A DNA stretch of 64,000 nt from Anaerotignum sp. (GCA_017442465.1 JAFRZQ010000175.1:4330-68329), one strand, 5' to 3'; positions 9,045-19,478 are shown, counted from the stretch's first letter. Made by a program: numbers and translations. Notes: a model not told the origin generated them from the sequence alone.

Positions 9045-10361
9045 ATGAAAGATAAAAGTACAAAAAGCAGGGTCGAAAATAAAGCCCTTAGTCAGGTGAA
9101 TGAAAACGAAAGACAAAGCTGGACCAGTATCGCATTTATCTGGGTCGGTACAATGATTTGTATTCCCATGCTGATGGTAGGCGGTATTTTTGCATCAGCA
9201 CTCACTTTCAGTAATATCTTTATTGCTACAGTGATCGGGTTTGCTATATGCTGTCTGATTATGGTATTAGGCGGTATGCAGGGACATGATTTAGGGATTC
9301 CTTCTACAATGTGCGCAACAAGGGCTTTTGGCAGCACGGGTTCTTCCTTTACGATGGCACTGGCGATTTTTATCGGTGACGTTGGCTGGTTTGCGATCCA
9401 GGCTGCTACCTGTGCGGTTGCGTTTAATACATTGATGGAGCTGGTAAATACCAATGTTCCATTTGCTGTATCCTGCCTGATCTGGGGCTGTGTAATGACA
9501 GTTACAGCCGTATATGGCTTTGGTTTGATGAAATGGTTAAACTATATTGCATGTCCACTGCTGATCGCACTTTGCGTATATGGCGCGGTACATAGTGTAA
9601 ACCAGTCCTCCTGGCAGGCAATCACAACCTTTACAGCGGAAAATACAATGTCGATGTCTATAGCTGTTTCTACAGTAATCGGGCTTTTTGCAGTAGGTGC
9701 CTGCTGTAATGCGGACTATACACGTTATGCAAAATCACGTGGCGATGTTGTAAAAGCGACTGTGCTTGGTGTTCTTCCGGCAGCAGTATTGATGATTATG
9801 GTTGGCAGTATTATGGCACTGGGCACGGGGAACTATGATGTAACAAGTATTTTTGCAAACCTGGGGATGCCCGTTGTTGCAATGCTGGTTCTGATCCTTG
9901 CTACATGGACAACAAACACAGGAAATGCTTATGCGTCTGGACTTGCATCTATGAAACTGTTTAGATTAAGAGATGAACTGAGACCAATTGCAACGCTCGG
10001 CTGTGGTGTACTGGGTACAGTTCTGGCAATGTTGGGTATCGCAAATGCTATGGAAAGCTATATCAGTATCGTATCTGCATTGGTTCCTCCTGTTGCTGGT
10101 GTAGTCATCGCAGATTACTGGATCGTATGCAAGGGTAATCCTGAAAACTGGAAACCTGTAAAAGGTGTTAACTGGATCGGTATCATTGCATGGATCTTAG
10201 GTGCGCTCGTTGCATTGTTCTTTAGCTTCTTCAGTACAGCGGTAGATAGTATCGTTGTATCTATGGTTAGCTATCTGGTGCTGAATACAGTTTTGGGAAA
10301 AACAGGATTAAGAGGTAAGGGTGAAATTACGATCGAAGAAGCTACAGAAGTAACGAAATGA
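9045..10361 (+). CDS. NCS1 cytosine/purine permease (CodB-like)
   Basis: About 12 TM segments; GWFAIQ, ADYTRYAK, TWTTNTGNAY, IADYW. Confidence 0.9.
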   Translation: MKDKSTKSRVENKALSQVNENERQSWTSIAFIWVGTMICIPMLMVGGIFASALTFSNIFIATVIGFAICCLIMVLGGMQGHDLGIPSTMCATRAFGSTGSSFTMALAIFIGDVGWFAIQAATCAVAFNTLMELVNTNVPFAVSCLIWGCVMTVTAVYGFGLMKWLNYIACPLLIALCVYGAVHSVNQSSWQAITTFTAENTMSMSIAVSTVIGLFAVGACCNADYTRYAKSRGDVVKATVLGVLPAAVLMIMVGSIMALGTGNYDVTSIFANLGMPVVAMLVLILATWTTNTGNAYASGLASMKLFRLRDELRPIATLGCGVLGTVLAMLGIANAMESYISIVSALVPPVAGVVIADYWIVCKGNPENWKPVKGVNWIGIIAWILGALVALFFSFFSTAVDSIVVSMVSYLVLNTVLGKTGLRGKGEITIEEATEVTK

Positions 10362-10466
10362 TCATTTGAATCATATAGATGGGATCGTCTTAGACAGATG
10401 ATCTCATCTTTTTATAAAATAGATTTTTTGTTATAATGAAAACAAAAAGAGAAGGGGTGATATGGC

Positions 10467-12053
10467 ATGAGCATTACAGTAAATGATATTATGAAACTTC
10501 CGTCTCTCAGAAGTGCGAGTGTTGTGGCGGGGCATGGAGGGATGCAAAGGAGTATTGCTTCTATCTCTGTTTTGGAAAGTATTGATACGGATATTCTGGG
10601 GGGATTGTTCTTCCCCAGTGATCATTTTGTAGGAAGTGAAATCGTCATTACAGGTTTTTTGAACTGCCGTGAGGATGAAGAGCAGCAATGTAAATTGATT
10701 AGGGCATTGGCGGAAGGCGGGGAAATTGGGATTATCCTGTATTATGTGGGAGTATGCGTTCCAAAGGTAGGCGAGAAAATAAAACGGCTGTGCGATGAAC
10801 TGGACTTTGTGCTGATCGTGATGCCGGAAGGTAATCTGGATTTAAGATATTCGGAAGTGATCTGCGAAGTAATGGAAGCAATCATAGAAGATCGTATGGA
10901 TAATACGCATTTTACAGCAGATTTATTGATGGATTTATCCAGACTTCCGCAGCATCAGAAATCTGTGGACACGATTATGAAAATGATCAGAGACCGCCTT
11001 CATATTTCACTTATGCTATACAGTGGTGAAAGACTATTGAACAGCGCATTCTGGCCGAGAACAGAAGAGAACAAAATCAAAGATTACTTTCAGAATAATA
11101 TGGCAGAATTGCCGGAAGAGGGCGCGTTCGCCAGAGTACAGATCGGTTCAGATTATTGGGTTTATCAGATTCCTGTAAAAGGAGAAGAAACAAGTATGCA
11201 TATGTTTGTCTTTAAAGAAGGCGGACCGTTGAAAAACGAACTGACCGAGGAAATCAGAGAATCTGTTCAGCTGGTGGTAAATATTTGGAGTGTGGGTCAT
11301 AATCAAATTGCCGTAGAGGAATTGATTCGTGCGATTCTTCAGGATGAACCAATGAAAATGCGAAGTCTTGCACAGATATATCAGATAGATGTGGAATCGA
11401 TTCATGCTATGTGGATCATAGGGAATGAAAAGGGGGTTGTTGTGTCCCAGAAGTTTATCCATTCGTTGAGAGAACTGCTTTATCCATATTTTAAAACATT
11501 GGTGATCGGGACTTATAATGGTAGTCTGGTTATTCTGACGGAAGACACATTCACTCGGAAAGAAAAAGAGCAAATAGAGGATGAAATCATCAAATTACTG
11601 AAAACAGAAAAGGATGGAACGGTTGTTATGTGTATTGATGGATTACAGTCAACGACCGATACGTCGTCAGCATTTCATCTTTTTCAGAATTATTTGAAGG
11701 ATGTCTGTAAAATCTATCCTCATAAAAGAATATTACGTTCACAGGAAATTATATTTGCGCAAACCTGCAGAAATATCATTGAAAATGGTACTATATGTTT
11801 GCAGACAGCTTTGCAGCCATTGACCAGAATACAAAGTAAAAGTGAAGAAGCGGATCTAATCGGTACGCTGGAAGTGTTTTTGTTGGATGGAAACAGCAGT
11901 TATTTGCGGACTGGTGAATTGATGTATCTTCATACAAATACGATTAAATACCGAATCAAAAAATGTTCTGACATCTTACACTATCAGGTTGGAGATATGC
12001 CTGATACGATATCGTTATATCAAGCTGTAGCGATTCAAAGATTATTAAAATAA
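10467..12053 (+). CDS. PucR-family transcriptional regulator
   Basis: N-terminal PucR domain (VVAGHGG...SISVLE); C-terminal HTH LHTNTIKYRIKK. Confidence 0.9.
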   Translation: MSITVNDIMKLPSLRSASVVAGHGGMQRSIASISVLESIDTDILGGLFFPSDHFVGSEIVITGFLNCREDEEQQCKLIRALAEGGEIGIILYYVGVCVPKVGEKIKRLCDELDFVLIVMPEGNLDLRYSEVICEVMEAIIEDRMDNTHFTADLLMDLSRLPQHQKSVDTIMKMIRDRLHISLMLYSGERLLNSAFWPRTEENKIKDYFQNNMAELPEEGAFARVQIGSDYWVYQIPVKGEETSMHMFVFKEGGPLKNELTEEIRESVQLVVNIWSVGHNQIAVEELIRAILQDEPMKMRSLAQIYQIDVESIHAMWIIGNEKGVVVSQKFIHSLRELLYPYFKTLVIGTYNGSLVILTEDTFTRKEKEQIEDEIIKLLKTEKDGTVVMCIDGLQSTTDTSSAFHLFQNYLKDVCKIYPHKRILRSQEIIFAQTCRNIIENGTICLQTALQPLTRIQSKSEEADLIGTLEVFLLDGNSSYLRTGELMYLHTNTIKYRIKKCSDILHYQVGDMPDTISLYQAVAIQRLLK

Positions 12054-12257
12054 TTTGATATAGACATATAATAAATACGCAAAAGCAGTGTTTTGCGAAT
12101 AAATAGAAGAAGCAAAAAATAGTCCCCCACTGGCTGATTTTGATCATATTTTTGCTATAGCACTATAGCACTTGAGATTTTTTTAAAAAAACATTATTAT
12201 AGATTTAATATAAGAAAAAATGCTCTATATTTTTTCATATAACCTTCCTTCATTTCT

Positions 12258-12290
12258 AAAAAAGCTATCCCGTGGTGGGATAGCTTTTTT
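12258..12290. terminator. Bidirectional terminator downstream of ssb
   Basis: AAAAAAGCTATCCC-gtggt-GGGATAGCTTTTTT. Confidence 0.85.
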
Positions 12291-12298
12291 CTTGTTAT

Positions 12299-12745
12299 TT
12301 AGAATGGAAGATCATCATCTTCAATGCTTTCATCAACTGGATAGAAACCATCGGAGGAATTTGTTTGTGTAGCTGCAGCATTTGTGGTAGCTGCTGGTGC
12401 TGAATCACGATGGCTTTCAAAGGATGCCTTACTTTCTGCAAAATACTGTTCTTCAACCACAACATCTGTGCTCCAGCGTTTTTTGCCTTCGTTATCATCC
12501 CAGGATCTCACCTGCAGACGTCCGATAATGCTTACCATCTGACCCTTTTTAAAGTATTTTTCTGCAAATTCGCCGGCTTTACCAAAAGCCACGCAGCCGA
12601 TAAAATCTGCATCCTGTTCACCTTGGCGTTTAAAACGGCGGTTTACAGCTAATGTATATCTGGCTACTGCCAAAGGTTCATTTCCCTGAGAATATCTTAC
12701 TTCGGGATCTCTTACTAAGCGGCCCATAAGGATTACTTTATTCAC
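12299..12745 (-). CDS. ssb: Single-stranded DNA-binding protein
   Basis: GTG start; NKVILMGRLVRDPE, ADFIGCVAFGK; acidic DDDLPF tail. Confidence 0.95.
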   Translation of the reverse strand: MNKVILMGRLVRDPEVRYSQGNEPLAVARYTLAVNRRFKRQGEQDADFIGCVAFGKAGEFAEKYFKKGQMVSIIGRLQVRSWDDNEGKKRWSTDVVVEEQYFAESKASFESHRDSAPAATTNAAATQTNSSDGFYPVDESIEDDDLPF

Positions 12746-12989
12746 GATATCACCTTTCTTTCTTGTATACATTAAACCAAACTAGGTTTTTCGTCATATT
12801 TATATTATAACATAGAAATACTTCAACCAATCAGATTATGAATTATTTTTTTAAACTACGAAGATATGGCAGCGGACGAGATGCCTTTTTAAACCTATAT
12901 AAAAAAGCCTATATTTCCCATTGATTGAGTTGGATGAATATATTTGCTATAATATGAGCAAAACTTTTTATATTTATGGAGGCATTGAT

Positions 12990-13451
12990 ATGTTAGAAGT
13001 AGGAACAAAAGCTCCTGATTTTGAATTAGCTGATAAAAGCGGCGAAATGGTTCGTCTGTCTGATTATATCGGTAAAAAAATAGTTTTATATTTTTACCCT
13101 AAGGATAACACTCCTGGTTGTACTCGTCAGGCCTGTGCTTTTGCTCAGTCTTATGATGCGTTTAAAGAACAGGACGTCATTGTTATCGGTATCAGCAAGG
13201 ACTCTGTACCATCTCATTTGAAATTTGCAGAGAAACACGCCCTTCCCTTTATCCTTCTTTCTGATCCTGAGCTGCAGGCAATACAGGCATATGATGTATG
13301 GAAGGAAAAGAAAATCGCCGGCAAGGTTGGTTTCGGTGTGGTACGCTCTACATATATTATTGATGAACACGGGATCATTGAAAAATCTATGCCTAAGGTA
13401 AAACCTGATACTAATGCTGTAGAGATTCTGGCATATTTGGCAGGTGAATGA
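12990..13451 (+). CDS. bcp: Thioredoxin-dependent thiol peroxidase Bcp
   Basis: VLYFYPKDNTPGCTRQAC; GGAGG RBS. Confidence 0.95.
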   Translation: MLEVGTKAPDFELADKSGEMVRLSDYIGKKIVLYFYPKDNTPGCTRQACAFAQSYDAFKEQDVIVIGISKDSVPSHLKFAEKHALPFILLSDPELQAIQAYDVWKEKKIAGKVGFGVVRSTYIIDEHGIIEKSMPKVKPDTNAVEILAYLAGE

Positions 13452-13454
13452 TCT

Positions 13455-14201
13455 ATGAAAATCATTATTTCTCCAGCCAAGAAAATGAATGTAGATAACG
13501 ACAGCCTGGTTCATCAGGATCTGCCAGCTTTTTTGAATCAGACAGAACTGCTTTGTGAGCGGTTAAAAGCTATGTCCTATGACGAGCTGAAGGCTTTATG
13601 GAAATGCAATGATAAGATCGCTACATTGAATGTAGAACGCCTGCAGCACATGGATTTAAGGAAAAACCTGTCCCCTGCTATTCTTTCTTATGAAGGCATC
13701 CAATATCAATACATGGCTCCCAGTGTTTTTACTGACGATGAGCTTAGCTATATTCAGGATCATCTCCGTATTCTGTCTGGATTTTATGGGGTATTGCGCC
13801 CTTTTGATGGTGTTGTTCCTTATCGTCTTGAAATGCAAGCTAAACTGACCATGGGCGAAGCGAAAGATCTTCATACTTTCTGGGGAGATTCTATTGCGAA
13901 CCATCTATTTGCCGAAACAGACTGTATTATCAATCTTGCTTCCAAGGAATATAGTGTATGTGTGTCAAAGTATTTTCCGGAAACAGTCCGTTTTATTACC
14001 TGTGTATTTGGCGAATGGAAAGATGGCAAAATCATTGAGAAAGGCACCATTTGTAAAATGGCCCGTGGTGAAATGGTTAGATATATGGCTGAAAACCAGA
14101 TTGAGGATCCTGATGAGATTAAAATGTTTTCAAGACTAAATTATAAGTATTCTGAAGAACATTCTGATGATCATACATTTGTGTTCCTTATGCAGAAATA
14201 A
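13455..14201 (+). CDS. yaaA: Peroxide-stress protein YaaA
   Basis: IISPAK, ILSGFYGVLRP, YRLEM, INLASKEY, KMARG. Confidence 0.95.
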   Translation: MKIIISPAKKMNVDNDSLVHQDLPAFLNQTELLCERLKAMSYDELKALWKCNDKIATLNVERLQHMDLRKNLSPAILSYEGIQYQYMAPSVFTDDELSYIQDHLRILSGFYGVLRPFDGVVPYRLEMQAKLTMGEAKDLHTFWGDSIANHLFAETDCIINLASKEYSVCVSKYFPETVRFITCVFGEWKDGKIIEKGTICKMARGEMVRYMAENQIEDPDEIKMFSRLNYKYSEEHSDDHTFVFLMQK

Positions 14202-14336
14202 ATATCTTTTGCCTGTCACCTTTTTCTATTTTCAGTACATATTTAAGTAAAGAGGCAGGCATAAGGAAGTATTTCCATAGTACCTGTACACACAATATAT
14301 ATTACGTTTAGCTGACTATATTAGAGGCTTGAAACG

Positions 14337-14366
14337 AAAAAAAGCTGCGAATAACGCAGCTTTTTT
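14337..14366. terminator. Bidirectional terminator
   Basis: AAAAAAAGCTGCG-aataa-CGCAGCTTTTTT. Confidence 0.8.
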
Positions 14367-14461
14367 ATTTTTAAAAATGACCTCTGTACAATCGATTCAG
14401 TTTTTTAAAAATGACCATTGGTACAAACTGAAATTTCTGATTGGCTGTAGGAGTATACTAT

Positions 14462-14692
14462 TTAAAGTTCGAATTCATCAATCAGACGGTCCTCGTCTTG
14501 ATAAGTAATAATATCTTTAAAATCGCAATTTAATTCTTTGCATATTCTTTCTAACACGCTGAGAGAAACCGGTTTACACTTAGCCAGCTTAGCCACAGTG
14601 CTACTACTAAGTTGTACTCTATTCTGCAGATCAGTCTTGTTCATCTTTTTATCGATCATCAATTTCCATAAATTATCGTAGGAGATTGCCAT
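14462..14692 (-). CDS. Cro/C1-type (HTH_26) DNA-binding protein
   Basis: MAISYDNLWKLMIDKKMNKTDL...VSLSVLERIC...DII; TGGTATAAT promoter near 14752-14760. Confidence 0.9.
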   Translation of the reverse strand: MAISYDNLWKLMIDKKMNKTDLQNRVQLSSSTVAKLAKCKPVSLSVLERICKELNCDFKDIITYQDEDRLIDEFEL

Positions 14693-15150
14693 ATAAAACA
14701 CCTTCTTTTGTTACTAATTCATTCCTAGAGTAGGGGGACCACTTTACTTATATTATACCATATAACTCCGTATATATAAAGAAAATCTTTGCATCCGCAA
14801 AGAATTTTCCTTTCTTTTTAAAGTTGGATTCCCTCTTTTTCTCGCTAAATCAAGACAAACAAAACGACGAAATTCTCGTAAAAAAAGGTTAGATAACAAA
14901 TTAGCACCTCTCCCCTCTTCCAAAAACAATCTCCTGTTTCCCACCTGTTTTAATCTCTTCCGGACTACAAAAACTACATTCAGCGAGAACTAAAACGAAG
15001 CTTTATGCACCTCGGAAAATTTTCGCGAAGTCGAAGATTTTCTTTACTATCTAATTTTCTCAATAGACACACGGTTTTGTAACCACAAGTATCAGCAAAT
15101 AAAAAACGCACCTTAAAGGTGCGTCCTATAACAGTGCAGTTATTTGATTG

Positions 15151-16065
15151 TCATTGATTTTGGCTCTGCAACCATTCTTTAATGTTCCTCCAGTCTTCAT
15201 GCTGCAAAGCTTTTCCGTCTTTTTTATTTTCCTTATTGCTTTTACTATATCTATTTGCAATACCCTGAGGGCCTGGATGAGCTACACCGTAAATACGGAC
15301 TTCTTTATCCTCGATCTGGATCGTCATGTAATTGCACTTCTGATCCAATCTTTTAAAGAAATCAGTCTTTGCCAGTTCTGCAGTTCCATTTTTAATATCA
15401 TCGTACAAAGCCCTATCATACTGCTGAACGAGTACTTCATATGTTTTCTTGCCCAGGCAAATAACAACATCAGGTTTAATGATCTCTAACAGACCACTTA
15501 TGTGTTTCACTTTCTGCCCGTCGCTTTCATCAAACCCACACAGGTACTTTACATCGTCCCGCAGCCACTTTACACGGAAACCCTGAGAATTCCCTTCACT
15601 ACGATAACCAAGGCATAGGTTTGTAAAGAATAGATCATCATTTTTAAGGGTCACATCATCGTATTTGTTTCCCAGCTCTTTAAAGAGTTCGATAATAAAG
15701 GTATCCGTTTTGAACCGGATCTTATCATCAATACCATCAAAGTAGCCAGCCGGTTCTCCTATGTCCATTTTCTGGACGTTTTCTCTCGTTCTTTCGTTCC
15801 TGTATTTATCATTATCTGATTTTGGATTTACCGTACCCCAATCTTGTCCAACCAACAGAATCTTAGCATTCAAACTGCCCTGCCAATATGACCATAGGTT
15901 GATCTGATTACCTAAATAATCGCAACTTTCAACTACTACAGGCTTTTTATGGCCCTTAGGATTCTTATTTACATCTCTTTGAAGGGAACGATTTTTATAA
16001 TCTTCTTTCAAGTGTTCGATCAGAGTTTTATACAGCTGCTGTTTTTTACTTAAATCCATACGCAT
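15151..16065 (-). CDS. Uracil-DNA glycosylase superfamily protein
   Basis: ILLVGQDWG (motif A), FFTN, IIKPDVVICLG, AHPG (motif B). Confidence 0.8.
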   Translation of the reverse strand: MRMDLSKKQQLYKTLIEHLKEDYKNRSLQRDVNKNPKGHKKPVVVESCDYLGNQINLWSYWQGSLNAKILLVGQDWGTVNPKSDNDKYRNERTRENVQKMDIGEPAGYFDGIDDKIRFKTDTFIIELFKELGNKYDDVTLKNDDLFFTNLCLGYRSEGNSQGFRVKWLRDDVKYLCGFDESDGQKVKHISGLLEIIKPDVVICLGKKTYEVLVQQYDRALYDDIKNGTAELAKTDFFKRLDQKCNYMTIQIEDKEVRIYGVAHPGPQGIANRYSKSNKENKKDGKALQHEDWRNIKEWLQSQNQ

Positions 16066-16125
16066 TCACCACTCAATGTGTCATTTCTTTTCATATTACA
16101 GGCAGCCACATCTATTTTCAAGCTT

Positions 16126-16797
16126 TCAGGCAGTCACTTCGAATAATTCATTGAAATTAAACAGATCACCAAGAGAAGCACAAAGAGGTTCTGGTGTCAG
16201 GATCTTAATGACATGGTCCAGCGTTTCCTTACACAGTTTAGGATCTCTAATGATCCTTAACAGAGATGCCGTATTTCTTGCATCCCACAATGCATCATGC
16301 TCCTGACCTTCAAAATCCATCCCTGCATACATAACTGCATTTTTCAAGGAAACGGCCCTGTGCAGAGAAAGTTTTTCGCCATATTCCTTCTGAAAGTCAC
16401 TCCAATCAGATAACAGCATTCGATCTGCTTCATTCAGCTGGATGTCTTTCAGGCAGATTTCGTTCATAATCTGGGCATAATCGTTTTCGCTCCACTGGTA
16501 AAACTGGATTTCATCATCCATACTATGCGCCCAAGACAAAAACATATGTAAAGCATCTTCAAATACTGGTGCATTTGCAACCATATCTGTTGTAATGCCT
16601 GTGACTCTGGCACAAGTTTTGTTGATTTCATCGTTATACTGCGGTTTTACAAATGTTTTGAAGGAACCAATCTCAGAATATGCTTCATCCAGAACGACAG
16701 CACCGATTTCAATTACTTCCATGCTGCAGATCAGTCGTTCTTCTTTGAAAATTCTGGCCAGATGGTTCATTTCCAGGTCTACAACGATATGTTTCAT
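16126..16797 (-). CDS. DEDDh 3'-5' exonuclease (ERI-1/KapD-like)
   Basis: VVDLEMN, IEIGAV, FVKP, TGIT, HDALWDARNT. Confidence 0.9.
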   Translation of the reverse strand: MKHIVVDLEMNHLARIFKEERLICSMEVIEIGAVVLDEAYSEIGSFKTFVKPQYNDEINKTCARVTGITTDMVANAPVFEDALHMFLSWAHSMDDEIQFYQWSENDYAQIMNEICLKDIQLNEADRMLLSDWSDFQKEYGEKLSLHRAVSLKNAVMYAGMDFEGQEHDALWDARNTASLLRIIRDPKLCKETLDHVIKILTPEPLCASLGDLFNFNELFEVTA

Positions 16798-16842
16798 AAC
16801 TGAATCCCTCCCCAAATTATTTCCGCTTTTCTAATTGTCTAT

Positions 16843-16881
16843 AGTATAAAACAATGGCTGTACACAAATACGTACAGCCAT
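16843..16881 (-). promoter_or_regulatory. Promoter with palindromic operator, copy 1
   Basis: TGGCTGTAC-N8-GTACAGCCA (16855-16880), 6 bp from a minus-strand TATACT. Confidence 0.65.
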
Positions 16882-17054
16882 ACTTTTCCTCTTGTTGTTA
16901 ATTGTAAAACTAAACGCCAGAAAAACCTTACATTTACTTTTACAATCGTGCGTATAGTTTTACAAATTAAATAGATAGAAAATCTAAAAAATGAGCCCTT
17001 TGCTATCATCAAAGGGCATGAATTTCTTTCATTATTTAACGATCTTTTTGAATC

Positions 17055-17609
17055 TCATATGTATCTACCACTGATTACAGAATCGCAGTATTCACATCTT
17101 GCCGTTTCTCCTCGGCACACCGTATTGGGTGCCCCACAATGCTCACAAATCACATCGATCATCACCGGCTTCTTCTGGAAAACCGGCATAGCAGTTCCTG
17201 CCCCCTTTGCATTAACTGGAATGATGTGTCGTTTTTCCTGATCCAACTTTACCCCGACTAAATGCTTTCTCCTGATCATTTTTGTCAGGTTTTTCTGCAC
17301 TTTTTCTTCAGGAATACCCAGTGCTTTTACCAATGATAAAACAGAATGTTCTTCATCTTTCAATAGAATCTCCTTATAGTCCTTGTAATCACGAAGCAGT
17401 TTATCCTCCACTATGCTGACCATAATCCAGATGATTCCAACGATAACGCAGACAACACCAAAACCAATGATAAACCTATCAGCCGTTGGCTCAACAAATA
17501 AACAAAACCATACAAAATAAGAAAAAAATAATGTCCAAAGCACACCCATTATTCCAAATACTTTATAAAATATAGAAAGTGCCAGTAGAGAACCTTTTGA
17601 ACGATACAT
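17055..17609 (-). CDS. Two-TM protein with wHTH-like middle and C-terminal zinc ribbon
   Basis: Two hydrophobic helices; CEHCGA...CEYC. Confidence 0.75.
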   Translation of the reverse strand: MYRSKGSLLALSIFYKVFGIMGVLWTLFFSYFVWFCLFVEPTADRFIIGFGVVCVIVGIIWIMVSIVEDKLLRDYKDYKEILLKDEEHSVLSLVKALGIPEEKVQKNLTKMIRRKHLVGVKLDQEKRHIIPVNAKGAGTAMPVFQKKPVMIDVICEHCGAPNTVCRGETARCEYCDSVISGRYI

Positions 17610-17634
17610 GTACACCCTCCTTCCCCTTCAATTT

Positions 17635-18222
17635 TTAAAACCTTTTGCTTTTTTCCCTAATATGCCGAACAGACATAACATACTCTGGTTTCAGTTCCCA
17701 AAAACTTGCCTGAATATATTTTCCGTTGATATTCCACTCATCTTCCATGGGCGTTATATCAAAAATCCTGTCCCAGGATAATACTTTTACTTTTTCCTGT
17801 TCCTCTACCGTCATTGCAGAGTAAGTATCATATATCTGATCAAACTCTTCCTCTGAGTGACATTCAATACAAGGAAAATCATTCAGTACAAAATGCCATG
17901 CATCAAAATCGCTCAATAATACTTCATCCTCAGGTACTTCCAGCTCGATGCACACATACGGTTCTGTAAAATGCCTCATATCACTGGATCTAAGATCCGG
18001 CTTTTTATGCTGCCAGTCCCTTGTATGCCATGCCCAAATAGGATACTCTACCCCTACAGGAGGGGGTGAAATTCTTTTTCCCATCTGATCAGCCATCCAT
18101 TTGTATGCTTTGTGGAATTCTTCTGAATCCTGAAACTGAGATTTTTCAAACTGACATCGATGCGATTCTCCATTTTTCAGTTGTTCATAGATATGTAGTG
18201 GCTGAATTGTCCATATTCTCAT
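17635..18222 (-). CDS. DUF3841 family protein
   Basis: MRIWTIQ, AYKWM, YPIWAW, VLLSDFDAWHFVLN, IQASFWEL. Confidence 0.85.
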   Translation of the reverse strand: MRIWTIQPLHIYEQLKNGESHRCQFEKSQFQDSEEFHKAYKWMADQMGKRISPPPVGVEYPIWAWHTRDWQHKKPDLRSSDMRHFTEPYVCIELEVPEDEVLLSDFDAWHFVLNDFPCIECHSEEEFDQIYDTYSAMTVEEQEKVKVLSWDRIFDITPMEDEWNINGKYIQASFWELKPEYVMSVRHIREKSKRF

Positions 18223-18247
18223 TACTTACCTCTTCTTCATCGAAATC

Positions 18248-18727
18248 TTATATCTCAATGTACTGTAAAGAAGAAAACTTAATAGTAGGATCTAGGCTTA
18301 GCAAAATATCCTTTAACAAATTCACTATTATACACATTTCATAAGGATCATTTTCATATCCAGTTGTTTTGTATTCTTTGCCATTGAGATTTACATGCAC
18401 TTTCCATCCGTATCCGTCCAATATATTTGACTCTCTGTATTCTCGTGAAAAGAAATCTTCTAAATCAATCGATGACAGCACTTTGAAAACATTCTCGGAA
18501 ATATCATTAATTAAATATTTCTTTTTAAAAAAATATCTCTCTATCAATCTTTCATGGTCATACAGCGGCTCCGATGAAGAAATATATTCCTCCGCATACC
18601 ATATGCCATTCCCTTTAATGCTCATAATATACTCTACATAATGGCCTACATTATCATCAATCACGACCTTCAGATATTCCCCAGCCACAAAAAAGGCAGA
18701 ACCATAAAAGCCAATAATCAATTTCAA
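18248..18727 (-). CDS. Hypothetical protein
   Basis: In operon; ILDGYGW...GYENDP motif. Confidence 0.6.
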   Translation of the reverse strand: MKLIIGFYGSAFFVAGEYLKVVIDDNVGHYVEYIMSIKGNGIWYAEEYISSSEPLYDHERLIERYFFKKKYLINDISENVFKVLSSIDLEDFFSREYRESNILDGYGWKVHVNLNGKEYKTTGYENDPYEMCIIVNLLKDILLSLDPTIKFSSLQYIEI

Positions 18728-18743
18728 CTACATCATCCCCTTG

Positions 18744-19460
18744 TTATTTCATTAACAATCGTTCAAGGAACTGATTTCTGTGATTGATGAACATTTCTGT
18801 AATTTGGTATGTATCAGTATCCTCATAATCACAAGCATGGATCTTTCCATTGTCAAATGTCAAAATCTCAGCATTAGGGATCCCCAGTAAAATAGGCGAA
18901 TGCGTAACGATAATAAATTGAGAACCGTTGTTAGCACAGTCATAGATTTCTTTCAGCAATGTAAGCTGTCTCTGGGGAGATAACGCGGCTTCCGGTTCGT
19001 CAAAAATATATACACTGTCTTTCTGCAGCTGGCTTTGAGCCAAGGCCAAGAAACTTTCGCCATGAGACTGCTCATGATACCCTTCTGAAGGGGTAAATCC
19101 ATCGGAATATGCGATTTCCTGCGTTGCGACATTATAAAAACTCTCTGCTCTCAGGAAATAACCCCATTTTGCTCTGCGAAAACTTTTTTCTACACGAATG
19201 GCATCACATAATTCCGAATGTGAATCATAAGTAGAGAAATTATAATTTTTCGTGCCACCTTCAGGATTAAATCCATAGGATATTGCGATTGCTTCCAAAA
19301 GTGTAGACTTGCCGCTGCCATTTTCACCAACGAAAAATGTGATAGGCTTTTTAAACTCCAGTCTTTCCAGCCCTTTCAGAGCTTTGATTTTTCTTAAATA
19401 ACTATATTTATCTATCTTTTTCCAATCTATTGTAACTCCACGAATAAATTGATCGTTCAT
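18744..19460 (-). CDS. Soluble ABC-type/AAA ATPase (COG3910-like)
   Basis: GENGSGKST, SHGESF, IFDEPEAALSP, VTHSPIL; no TM partner. Confidence 0.9.
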   Translation of the reverse strand: MNDQFIRGVTIDWKKIDKYSYLRKIKALKGLERLEFKKPITFFVGENGSGKSTLLEAIAISYGFNPEGGTKNYNFSTYDSHSELCDAIRVEKSFRRAKWGYFLRAESFYNVATQEIAYSDGFTPSEGYHEQSHGESFLALAQSQLQKDSVYIFDEPEAALSPQRQLTLLKEIYDCANNGSQFIIVTHSPILLGIPNAEILTFDNGKIHACDYEDTDTYQITEMFINHRNQFLERLLMK

Positions 19461-19478
19461 CCTGGTTTCCTCCCGTTT

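Noticed and set aside
12156-12171. CTATAGCA tandem duplication as a target-site duplication
   Set aside because: Only 8 bp with no adjacent element; may be chance.
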